A DNA stretch of 63,963 nt, taken from positions 1 through 63,963 of the forward strand of contig VGWX01000003.1 in NCBI GenBank assembly GCA_016873615.1, in the 5' to 3' direction. The notes beneath the pieces are model-generated. The model worked only from the letters and a program-made list of their open reading frames with translations, did no database searches and had not been told where the DNA came from. The DNA is from Nitrospira sp. GTDB taxonomy: Bacteria; Nitrospirota; Thermodesulfovibrionia; Thermodesulfovibrionales; SM23-35. Every line of letters starts with the position of its first letter. Within the stretch, counting starts at the first letter, position 1. Of the stretch, positions 8,842-17,629 are shown one piece after another. The translations under genes were made by a program, and so were the position numbers.

Positions 8842-11130
8842 TCAATCGCCTTTTTCGAGTTCCTTCAGAAAAGTGTCGTTGCACATGAGATCAAGAATTA
8901 TTTTGGAAACACTCTTCATGATATCTGAAACCATTTCTCCTCTTTCTGTTTTAGCGAGGTCATTATATATAACCATGGAATTAAGAAAAACAGCGGTTTC
9001 CCATGAACGCTTGATAAAGTCCCGCCTTTGGTCGGTCACTTTTTGCTGCCGGAGGAAATTGCGCAGGACGTCGGCATCCATATTGATAAAAACATCAACT
9101 CCAGCTCCATTGCCGCTCGGAACAACTTTGGCAATATCTGTTCCGTCCCAGGTTGTACCATCTTCTTTTTTGATGTCGTCCCATGTCCTGGAACCTGTGC
9201 GCTTATTCTTATAGACCAAAATCGGTTCCGGCAATTTATAATCTTTTCTTTTTGGCGGTTTCGGCACATGTGGCGGTAATGTTTCAGGCTCAGCCTCCGG
9301 CAGATATTCGATCTCAAATTCAACAGACAGGGGGTCATTGTAGGGTCTTGTCAGCAAAGCAATGATTTTTCTGACAGCGCCTACCCGTGCTGTTTTTGAG
9401 GGGATAATTTTTACCGTAATCTTTCCATTCCACAAATGATAAGATTTCATGACATCCGGATAGACTATAAGAGTTCCCCTGTCAGTTTCCCTGCTGAAAT
9501 AGTCATTTGATGCATCTGTCTCGAATACTACCCTTGAATAAGCATTAATCGGCATCTGCTTTCTCTCAGGGCCGATTATTTTAAAATACGTTGGAATTCT
9601 CTTGCCTTCAAACTCTTTTCTGTCTGTTATACCGGCTTCATTTGTGTCTTTAATGTTGCCCCCAACCCCCAGATAATGCAGAATTGTCCGGTTCTTTTTA
9701 ATTAATTTGGAGACAACACCTTCCAGGAACTTCACATCTTTTGGGTTTTTTGTGATCTGCTGTTCCCGCCGGTACTGATTCAATTGTTTCAGCCCCTCGT
9801 GCCTGCTGAGTTCTTCTGCCAATATAAATTCAATTTCTTTGGATATCTCCGTATCCCGCATGCGGTCTCTTGAGGGCATAAAAATCTTTTCCCTTATATT
9901 CGTATCGACATCAGTGCAGTCGATATGCACCAGCATATAATCAGACAGGTAATGGAGATTTGCCTTTGTCCTGAGAAAAGAACGGCCGATGGCAGCATGT
10001 GTCTGGCCGTTAATGGTGAAAAATATGGATTCACCTGCCGAGGCAAATTCATCCTTGACCGTCCCTTCTTTGAAAACAGTCACTTCTATAGTCCGTTTGC
10101 CGAATTTCCCGAGTTCAGCGATAATCGGGATAATCGGCGGGCAATTATCCTCAATGCTTTGGCTATCGTTCTTCAGGATTCTTATCCTGTTGCCCACAAG
10201 AATTTTTGAAGGGCTGTGGCCTTTGAATTTCCGGGTTTCGTGTAATGTTATGGGAAGAACCGGATAATGCAAAACCCTGTTCAGTTCCCGCCATAAGTCC
10301 AGTGTGATCTGGGAGGGATTTGGCAGGTAATAATTGTAGAGTTTAATATATGTTCCTGATTCAAGGGATTCATTCTCGGGAAGGATTGATAAGGATTCTC
10401 CTGCAAAAGATATGATTTGGCCGTCATCACCAACAAAATATTCGTACCAGGAATTCTTGTATTCAGTGCTTGTTGCAAGGTGCAGTCTTACCAGCGTAAA
10501 GCCCCATTTGTCCTGCTGCCCCTTTTTCAGCAATTCCGGGGTCTTCCTTGAAAGAATGAGTTGATAATTGTATTCGCCGCAATTCGGCAATACACCGCTT
10601 CCACCCATATTGTATTTCCCCTGCACAAAAAGGATTTTATTCTTATTGCCTCTGTGCAGAGAGAGAAAGGTATCTTCAAAATCATCAGGATGCTGTCCTT
10701 CACCTTTATCGGCAATGATTACACTCGGCCTTTTCTTCTCTCCTTCTGCAATGATTTGAATATTCCCGGCAAGGTTTCTTCTTTCTTTGTTCGCAAGGTC
10801 TGAAAAATCTCCGCTCTGCAAACCGAAGAATACCTCTATTGCTTCCTTCATTGCTTTTGGGGCCTGTTTGCTTTCCGGCGCAATGCCCCTCAGTTTACAT
10901 TCCTTGAGAAGTAAGGCGTCAATCGAATTGATAGGTTTTTCGGCGAGGGCAGCTACGGAATTCTTTGCCTGATTGTTGATCGTATTGAAATTGCTCTCAT
11001 ACCCGCCGTAGGGTTTCCAGTTCTTTTCGTTTGCCAGAAGTGGATCTGAATCAATAATCTTCCTGACCTCGCTTTCAGACCAGGCGCTGACAAGCTGCAT
11101 TAAAAGATTTTTAGAAAATGGTTCATCCAT
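8842..11130 (-). CDS. GHKL (Bergerat-fold, MORC/HATPase_c_3-like) ATPase with an uncharacterised C-terminal part of about 500 aa
   Basis: N-box 'EKPINSIDALL', G1 'IIADKGEGQHPDDF', G2 'GKYNMGGSG'. The likely start is the ATG at 11130 (MDEPFSKN); the tracked ORF begins at a TTG at 11157. Confidence 0.6.
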   Translation of the reverse strand: MDEPFSKNLLMQLVSAWSESEVRKIIDSDPLLANEKNWKPYGGYESNFNTINNQAKNSVAALAEKPINSIDALLLKECKLRGIAPESKQAPKAMKEAIEVFFGLQSGDFSDLANKERRNLAGNIQIIAEGEKKRPSVIIADKGEGQHPDDFEDTFLSLHRGNKNKILFVQGKYNMGGSGVLPNCGEYNYQLILSRKTPELLKKGQQDKWGFTLVRLHLATSTEYKNSWYEYFVGDDGQIISFAGESLSILPENESLESGTYIKLYNYYLPNPSQITLDLWRELNRVLHYPVLPITLHETRKFKGHSPSKILVGNRIRILKNDSQSIEDNCPPIIPIIAELGKFGKRTIEVTVFKEGTVKDEFASAGESIFFTINGQTHAAIGRSFLRTKANLHYLSDYMLVHIDCTDVDTNIREKIFMPSRDRMRDTEISKEIEFILAEELSRHEGLKQLNQYRREQQITKNPKDVKFLEGVVSKLIKKNRTILHYLGVGGNIKDTNEAGITDRKEFEGKRIPTYFKIIGPERKQMPINAYSRVVFETDASNDYFSRETDRGTLIVYPDVMKSYHLWNGKITVKIIPSKTARVGAVRKIIALLTRPYNDPLSVEFEIEYLPEAEPETLPPHVPKPPKRKDYKLPEPILVYKNKRTGSRTWDDIKKEDGTTWDGTDIAKVVPSGNGAGVDVFINMDADVLRNFLRQQKVTDQRRDFIKRSWETAVFLNSMVIYNDLAKTERGEMVSDIMKSVSKIILDLMCNDTFLKELEKGD

Positions 11131-11575
11131 TAACGTTGTTTTCACCTTAATATGCAACCTCTTTCCAGCAAAAAGTTTTCGAGTTGGAGAATGAGGGCTT
11201 CTTCAATATCTTTTAGGGTCATATGCCCAGTTTTGTAATTATACCTTGCTTGATTCTCCGTTGTATCTCGACGTTGATTTTCTTTTTCCCATTTTTAATG
11301 ATATTCAATTTTTCTAATGAGAATATTGCCTTTTTTAAAATTTGCTGAGTCCTCGGATGATGTAAAATTTTTATACACCAAGACAGGCAAAGTGTCATCT
11401 TTTTTTATGAAGTTGTGCATGTTATTATTCTGCTAACGGGCCGGGAATTGAACGACATACATATTTCAATTGTCTTTTTCTTGACTCAGTAAATGCCTCT
11501 TTTATTAATAGTAATCATCACCATTATATCAGGTATTAGTGTTTAGTTCAGGAAGGAAGGTTAGTCATGTTCAAA

Positions 11576-11932
11576 TCAAGATACTTCGCGAGGTTCTATT
11601 AATAACTTGACTCCGTCTATGATATCTGCAATCTTCAATTTGGATAATGACCCGATTTTCTCGACAAGGTCTGTTTTGTCTACTGTCGCAATCTGAGATA
11701 TATTAACAACGCTATCTTTGGTCAGATTGCCTTCCTCCTTCCCGATCAACACATTCCCCGGTGCCTTTACACGCTTTAGATTTGACGTTAAAGCACATAC
11801 GACCACAGAAGCTATCTTGCTCTCATTGAACACGTTGTTTTGGATAACAACGCAGGGATGTCTATAACCCGGCGCCGACCCTTTAGGTTCACCAAAATCA
11901 ATCCAGAAGATGTCTCCTTGCTTTATATTCAA
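11576..11932 (-). CDS. mazF: Type II toxin, MazF/PemK family endoribonuclease
   Basis: 'IKQGDIFWIDFGEPKGSAPGYRHPCVVIQNN...' is typical of the PemK fold. The start abuts the antitoxin stop. Confidence 0.9.
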   Translation of the reverse strand: MNIKQGDIFWIDFGEPKGSAPGYRHPCVVIQNNVFNESKIASVVVCALTSNLKRVKAPGNVLIGKEEGNLTKDSVVNISQIATVDKTDLVEKIGSLSKLKIADIIDGVKLLIEPREVS

Positions 11933-12178
11933 CTAAGCTTCCTTCGAAATCCTTTTTGCAAAATGTCTCTTGCTTTTCTGCCTGAATGATCTTTCTTCCA
12001 AAGACTCTTCATCGGAATATGCCGTATTAAGCGCAGATAGGAGTTTCTGAGACTTCAAATTATCCAAGTAATGCTTTATGGCAGTAACAAAGACTTCACT
12101 TCTTGACCAATTATGGTCCTTTGCTAACCTGTCAACTTCCTCGAAAATATCATCTGGAACAGATATCGCTGTTTTCAT
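11933..12178 (-). CDS. Ribbon-helix-helix (CopG/MazE-like) antitoxin
   Basis: N-terminal RHH 'MKTAISVPDDIFEEVDRLAKDHNWSRSEVFVTAIKHYL'. Lies immediately upstream of mazF. Confidence 0.85.
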   Translation of the reverse strand: MKTAISVPDDIFEEVDRLAKDHNWSRSEVFVTAIKHYLDNLKSQKLLSALNTAYSDEESLEERSFRQKSKRHFAKRISKEA

Positions 12179-12283
12179 ACTTTAAGTATACTCAAATAGC
12201 ATACCTGCGTCAATACCTTAAACATTTTACTAACCCGGATTATTCATAAAATTGGTAACAACAACTGAGGATAGAGTATTTGA

Positions 12284-12307
12284 GCGGATTTTTTTGCAGA
12301 TAGTCAA
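12284..12307. repeat. Dispersed 24-nt motif GCGGATTTTTTTGC(A/C)GATAGTCAA, copy 1
   Basis: 23/24 identical to 48780..48803. Sits inside an element of about 115 nt bounded by inverted repeats at 12269..12280 and 12371..12382. Confidence 0.7.
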
Positions 12308-12452
12308 ATACAGTATGTGAAAATATAGAGGCAAAAGCCTCGCAGGGAGGAACGACTGAGAATGAGCGAGAATACTCTATTCTTAGTTCAATCAGAAAAG
12401 TTGAGATAATCTCAGTTAATAATCTTTGTATTTTGCAACGGTCGGGTTAACT

Positions 12453-13733
12453 TTAAACTTCAGCAAAGGGCGGTTTGATGTTGTATTCCTTATCAAGGCT
12501 GTAGGCCATAATTACCGCTTTATCTATATCTTCATAGGGAAAGTCTGGCGTGCTGAGAACAAGGTGCGGGGCTTTGTCATCAAATTTCAGGCCGAATTCA
12601 TTGCTTTTTTCATAAAGGATTGTTCCCGGCAGCACATGAAGAATACTGAAGACGATTGTGGTCGGTTTCAAATCTATTAACGTCCTGGCGGAGTTCACAA
12701 ATTTAAAGAAATTATCACCGGGCAGGCCGATAATGAGATCAGTCGTTACTTCTATTCCGTTGTCCTCCAGCAGTCTCAGTCCTTTTGCAAACTTATCGGC
12801 TTTGTAGAAACGGTTCACCTTTTTCAGAGTGTCCTCATTTACTGTCTGAGGCCCTGTCTCTATGCTCCTGACATTTGCTTTCCTGAAAAGCGCTACGGTT
12901 ACTTCATCAACGAACTCGACAATGATCTCAACAGTGCGCAACTCGGTCCCGAAACGGCTGGCGCTGGAGATCATATCCACTATTTTTGCCAGCCGGTCCT
13001 TTCTGAAATTGAATACTGTATCAACAAAGTGGAAACTCCTGATCTCCGGATGACTCAGGATAAAATCTATCTCCTTTCTTACTCTCTCTTCAGGGAAGAA
13101 ACGCAGTTTTGGCAGATTCTTGCCTTCAAAACAATAATGGCATCTGAAAATGCATCCGCGGTAAGTCTCTATATAGGTCACTTTGTCTCTCGGTGTAATG
13201 ATTCCTTCAAGATAGGGTGAAGGAATTTTGCTCAGGTCCTCAATAGGAGCCCTGTCAGGATTACTGAGGATGTTCCCGTTTATCCTGCAGCTAACACCCT
13301 CTGTTTCCTCGATGCTGCCATTGCCCAGGTAAACCTTCAGCAACTCTGTGAACGTAATTTCTCCTTCTCCTTTAATAACAGCATCTATATAAGGATGCTC
13401 TCTCAAATACTTGGGGCCGATTGGTCCTACCTCCGGTCCTCCAAGGATTATCTTTATATGAGGATGAATCGTTCTGATTATTCTTGCGGTGTCCAGAACT
13501 TTCTCTATGTTCCAGCAGTAACAGGAGAATCCGAGGATGTCCGGTTTTGTCTGGGAAAGGTAATAGATCACCTGCTGAACATTAAGCATCTCAGTATCAA
13601 AGTCAACAATTTCTATATCCGCTTTTTCACGAATGAGATTATCTTTCAATGCATAGGCTTTCAGGTATCCCAAGGCAAGGGAGAAATGGTTCGCCCAGTT
13701 AAAGGAAATCAGGATAACCTTCTTTTTATTCAT
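12453..13733 (-). CDS. B12-binding-domain radical SAM protein
   Basis: N-terminal cobalamin-binding Rossmann-like region, then the radical-SAM cluster 'CIFRCHYC'. Confidence 0.85.
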   Translation of the reverse strand: MNKKKVILISFNWANHFSLALGYLKAYALKDNLIREKADIEIVDFDTEMLNVQQVIYYLSQTKPDILGFSCYCWNIEKVLDTARIIRTIHPHIKIILGGPEVGPIGPKYLREHPYIDAVIKGEGEITFTELLKVYLGNGSIEETEGVSCRINGNILSNPDRAPIEDLSKIPSPYLEGIITPRDKVTYIETYRGCIFRCHYCFEGKNLPKLRFFPEERVRKEIDFILSHPEIRSFHFVDTVFNFRKDRLAKIVDMISSASRFGTELRTVEIIVEFVDEVTVALFRKANVRSIETGPQTVNEDTLKKVNRFYKADKFAKGLRLLEDNGIEVTTDLIIGLPGDNFFKFVNSARTLIDLKPTTIVFSILHVLPGTILYEKSNEFGLKFDDKAPHLVLSTPDFPYEDIDKAVIMAYSLDKEYNIKPPFAEV

Positions 13734-14581
13734 AATAATGTCCTGATATCCTGAAAATATTTGCTTTCCATCACAGGTGAAAATTCCTTATCTCCAAAGC
13801 GGTCTGCATATCCGGTTTCTACCCCGGGACAGAGGTCTTTATAAATGCACTGGATACAACAATTATGGTGTTGAAAAGTTCTTGCATAAATTGTATTCAA
13901 ACCTGCCAGGATTTCGCCTATATGCTGCTCCAGTCCCTGCATGATACAGAAAGGGATACCTTCGGTCTGAACCCAGATGCGATTGAAGATGCTTATGTTG
14001 ATAGCGTTGTTAATATGTGGGAGAGCCTGTTGAAATGACAGTCTGCTGTCGTGAAAAGATAGTATTATCCGGTTGATACTAAAATTCAGCGCGGTAGATA
14101 CACAATTTTCAAGGTCTGGATGGTTTTCCTTGCAAACAGGTATGCGGACACAGACAAATCTGTCTTCTGAAAGTCCTGCAAGGTTTTCCAGACCTCTGAC
14201 AGTCTCGCGGAAACTGCCCGATGACTGTGTCAGATGATCATGCAGAGAGGGATTTGATCCCCATAAGGTGATTTCGAAAAGATTGCACCCTGCCTTCATG
14301 ATCTGGCCCAGGAATTGAATATCTGAAAACGCCCTCCCATTAGTTAATATCTTGAGCCTTTTGTAGCCATCCCGTCTAGCTTCCCGGATTATCTCAGGGA
14401 GATCACTTCTTAAGGTCGGATCTCCGCCATAGAGCGCAACATTTTCTTCAGGGTTCTCTTTTAAAGATGAAAGGATAGAACTTAAATCAGTCTTTGAGGA
14501 ATCTTTTTCTCTGATCGAACAGTGGAGGCATTTATTGTTGCAGGGGCTATTACCGAGAAATATTTCTTTATATTTCAGCAA
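13730..14581 (-). CDS. Radical SAM protein with a Cys-rich (SPASM/twitch-like) C-terminus
   Basis: 'CNNKCLHC' (CX3CX2C) near the N-terminus. C-terminal 'HHNCCIQCIYKDLCPG'. ATGA overlap with the downstream B12-rSAM gene. Confidence 0.75.
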   Translation of the reverse strand: MLKYKEIFLGNSPCNNKCLHCSIREKDSSKTDLSSILSSLKENPEENVALYGGDPTLRSDLPEIIREARRDGYKRLKILTNGRAFSDIQFLGQIMKAGCNLFEITLWGSNPSLHDHLTQSSGSFRETVRGLENLAGLSEDRFVCVRIPVCKENHPDLENCVSTALNFSINRIILSFHDSRLSFQQALPHINNAINISIFNRIWVQTEGIPFCIMQGLEQHIGEILAGLNTIYARTFQHHNCCIQCIYKDLCPGVETGYADRFGDKEFSPVMESKYFQDIRTLL

Positions 14582-14728
14582 GATTAACCTTTAGAAAATT
14601 TTGGAAAGAACAAGATATCAAATACTAATAATACATATATAAAGAAATGCTGGTACATGTTGAATTATACCATAACCGGAAAAGGCGCTAAATTGAATAA
14701 GATCAAAAGAATCCTTTATAGTAAAAAG

Positions 14729-16579
14729 ATGTTCAAAGACCGTGATTATGACATAGTTGTTATTGGAGCGGGGCATGCAGGTTGTGAGGCTGCGCTCGCA
14801 TCCGCACGCATGGGCTTCTCCGCCTGTCTTTTCACGATAAACCTTGACACGATTGGGCAGATGTCCTGCAATCCTGCTATAGGCGGGCTTGCGAAAGGGC
14901 ATCTTGTAAGGGAGATAGACGCACTTGGCGGCGAGATGGCAAAGGTGACTGATAAGGCAGGCATACAGTTCAGGATGCTGAATATGAGCAAGGGGCCTGC
15001 TGTTTGGTCTCTTCGGGCGCAGGCAGACAGGGTTTTATACCGGATAGCAATGAGAAATGTTATCGAATCTCAAAAGAACCTTGATGTAAAGCAGGCTTTG
15101 ATTGACAAGATAGTCGTTGAGGACAAAAAAGTAAAAGGAATTCTCACCTCCCTCGGTATTTTTTATGGAGCACGGGCTGTTATTGTTACAACGGGGACAT
15201 TCCTTAAGGGATTGATACATATCGGGCTTGAGCATTTTTCAGCCGGTCGGGCCGGGGAATTTCCATCCATAGGGCTTTCAGACAGCTTGAGAGAATTGGG
15301 ATTCAAGATGGGCCGGCTCAAAACAGGAACTCCTCCGAGGATTGACGCAAAAACGATCGACTTTTCAAAGACAGAGGCACAGTATGGAGATGATCCACCC
15401 ATACCGTTTTCACATAGCACAGAGAAGATCACGAACCCACAACTCCCCTGCTATATTACCTACACAAACCAGGAAACCCATAAAATAATACTTGATAACC
15501 TTGACCGTTCGCCTATGTACAGCGGCAAGATCAAAGGTATTGGGGCGCGATATTGCCCATCAATCGAGGATAAGGTTGTCCGGTTCGCAGAGCGTGAACG
15601 ACACCAGGTCTTCCTTGAGCCGGAAGGGCTTGAGACAAAGGAGTACTATGCGAATGGAATACCGACAAGCCTTCCATATGATGTTCAGGTAATGTTCGTA
15701 AGGACTATCCCTGGCCTTGAGGAGACGGAAATCATGAGACCTGCATATGCGATAGAGTATGACTTTGTATTTCCTACCCAGCTAAAGCACAGTCTGGAGA
15801 CGAAGCTAATCGATGGGCTTTTTCTGGCCGGACAGATCAACGGGACATCAGGGTATGAAGAGGCTGCTGCGCAGGGGATTATGGCAGGGATAAATGCATC
15901 CCTGAAACTCCGGGTACAGGAACCCCTTGTCTTTGGAAGGCATGAGGCATATACAGGGGTTCTTATTGATGACCTTGTTACCAAAGGAACCAGTGAGCCC
16001 TACCGGATGTTCACATCAAGGGCTGAGTACCGGCTCCTTTTACGGCACGACAATGCTGATCTGCGTCTGATGGATAAAGGATATGAAATCGGACTTCTTG
16101 ATTATCCTGTTTACCAGAGATTTCTCAAAAAGAGAGGATCGATTCAGGAAGAGCTTGAACGACTGAAAAAGACGCGGATGAAATATGATGACCCTAATAA
16201 ATCAGAGACATTGGAGCAGCTTTTGAAAAGGCCCGAGATAACATATAAATTTATAGATGAACATTCGCCTTCTGATAAATCCCTCTCTGATGAAATAAAA
16301 AGACAGGTTCAGATACAGGTCAAATATGAGGGCTACATTAACCAGCAGATGCAGATGGCAGAAAGGCTTAAGAAGATAGAGGGGAAGAAGATACCCCAGA
16401 ATTTCGATTATACCTCAGTGAACGGCCTTTCACGGGAGGTTTTAAGCAAGCTGCAGGAAGTGAAACCTGCAAACCTTGGACAGGCGAGCAGAATCCCCGG
16501 CATAACCCCGGCTGCTATTTCGCTCCTGATGGTGGCTATAGAGAGATTGAAAAGAGAAGGTGATAAAAGAGCTTCTTAA
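14729..16579 (+). CDS. mnmG: tRNA uridine 5-carboxymethylaminomethyl modification enzyme MnmG (GidA)
   Basis: 'YDIVVIGAGHAGCEAA' FAD motif and full-length family similarity. Start taken at MFKDRDYD; the tracked ORF extends to 14657. Confidence 0.95.
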   Translation: MFKDRDYDIVVIGAGHAGCEAALASARMGFSACLFTINLDTIGQMSCNPAIGGLAKGHLVREIDALGGEMAKVTDKAGIQFRMLNMSKGPAVWSLRAQADRVLYRIAMRNVIESQKNLDVKQALIDKIVVEDKKVKGILTSLGIFYGARAVIVTTGTFLKGLIHIGLEHFSAGRAGEFPSIGLSDSLRELGFKMGRLKTGTPPRIDAKTIDFSKTEAQYGDDPPIPFSHSTEKITNPQLPCYITYTNQETHKIILDNLDRSPMYSGKIKGIGARYCPSIEDKVVRFAERERHQVFLEPEGLETKEYYANGIPTSLPYDVQVMFVRTIPGLEETEIMRPAYAIEYDFVFPTQLKHSLETKLIDGLFLAGQINGTSGYEEAAAQGIMAGINASLKLRVQEPLVFGRHEAYTGVLIDDLVTKGTSEPYRMFTSRAEYRLLLRHDNADLRLMDKGYEIGLLDYPVYQRFLKKRGSIQEELERLKKTRMKYDDPNKSETLEQLLKRPEITYKFIDEHSPSDKSLSDEIKRQVQIQVKYEGYINQQMQMAERLKKIEGKKIPQNFDYTSVNGLSREVLSKLQEVKPANLGQASRIPGITPAAISLLMVAIERLKREGDKRAS

Positions 16580-17189
16580 AGAGGGTCTTTCTGAATTAGG
16601 ACTGATTCCAGCCGAAGAACAGATAAATGCTTTTATAATTTACCTGTCCGAACTCAAGAGGTGGAATAAGGCATACAATCTTACAGGCATAAAAAAAGAC
16701 GAAGACATTGTCATCAAACACTTCCTCGATTCGTTGCTTTATCTGAAAGCCATGCCCACCGGTGAGTTAAGGGTAGCCGATGTTGGAAGTGGCGCAGGGT
16801 TTCCAGGAATACCGATAAAAATAATCCTGCCAGACATAGAAATGTATCTCATAGAACCAACTGGGAAAAAATCTATCTTTCTCAGATATATCATAAGACA
16901 GCTTGATTTTAAAAAAACAGAGGTATTAGAAAAGAGGATTGAGGAGGTTAATGTACATCAGGAATTAGCATTACCTGTGGACATCGCAGTTACACGGGCA
17001 TTATTCGATATAAAAGATTTCATCAAAAAGGCGTCTCATATTGTTAAAAAAGGCGGAACTATTATTCTGAATAAAGGTCCAAAAGTGAAAGAAGAGTTAA
17101 ATATACTCAGGGATGTGAAGCATGAGATTTTGACTATTAAACTGCCTTTGTCTGATATAAACCGGCATATAGTGATAGTGCGTATATAA
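16560..17189 (+). CDS. rsmG: 16S rRNA (guanine527-N7)-methyltransferase RsmG (GidB)
   Basis: 'DVGSGAGFPGIPIKI' SAM motif. Classic mnmG-rsmG pairing. GTG start overlaps mnmG. Confidence 0.9.
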   Translation: MIKELLKEGLSELGLIPAEEQINAFIIYLSELKRWNKAYNLTGIKKDEDIVIKHFLDSLLYLKAMPTGELRVADVGSGAGFPGIPIKIILPDIEMYLIEPTGKKSIFLRYIIRQLDFKKTEVLEKRIEEVNVHQELALPVDIAVTRALFDIKDFIKKASHIVKKGGTIILNKGPKVKEELNILRDVKHEILTIKLPLSDINRHIVIVRI

Positions 17190-17201
17190 AAGAAAAGATT
17201 T

Positions 17202-17600
17202 TTAACCCTGTCTCAACAATTTTGCATGGCCTTCGGCTATTACAGTATTATCCGTCTTTTTGACAATCGCTGATGTCTCGATAATTTTTTTATTCATTTT
17301 CAAAATCATTGCCTCGACAAGTGCTTTTTCTCCGGCCATAAGCGGGGCCTTGAATCTCACTGTAATCTCTGCTGTAACAGCAGGCATGCCCTGCATTAGA
17401 GCAGCCTTAATCATTGCTTCGTCAAGGAGTGTGGAGATCAATCCACCATGGATTATATCTTTATATCCCTGATGGACCTTCTGCAGAGTAAATTCTGTCC
17501 GTACCTTCCCATCCTGAAGAGAAAACCTGAGATGAAGACCGGAGGGGTTCTGCTCTCCGCAGACAAAACAGTAATGGTCGTCTTTCAGGGTATTTTTCAT
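17202..17600 (-). CDS. PaaI-family hotdog-fold thioesterase
   Basis: 'CFVCGEQNPSGLHLRF...HGGLISTLLDEA'. Confidence 0.8.
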   Translation of the reverse strand: MKNTLKDDHYCFVCGEQNPSGLHLRFSLQDGKVRTEFTLQKVHQGYKDIIHGGLISTLLDEAMIKAALMQGMPAVTAEITVRFKAPLMAGEKALVEAMILKMNKKIIETSAIVKKTDNTVIAEGHAKLLRQG

Positions 17601-17629
17601 TCAGGGAAATGAAGAATTTACAATGAAAA

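Noticed and set aside
12340-12400. 15-codon plus-strand mini-ORF (MSENTLFLVQSEKLR), and mini-ORFs of 16 codons or fewer on the minus strand, as RiPP precursors for the adjacent radical-SAM pair.
   Set aside because: The plus-strand ORF is on the wrong strand relative to the rSAM operon. Ribosome-binding-site spacing is poor, there is no Cys/Ser/Thr-rich core, and the ORFs lie inside a repeat element. This is not sufficient evidence.
14657-14728. N-terminal extensions in the ORF track for mnmG (14657), pgk (21454), GT4 (25728), a methyltransferase (26324), the NusG paralog (47248) and the pilins (51939, 54952).
   Set aside because: The extensions overlap the preceding gene or lack family similarity. 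Internal ATGs positioned just after the upstream stop, with the conserved N-terminal motif, were preferred.
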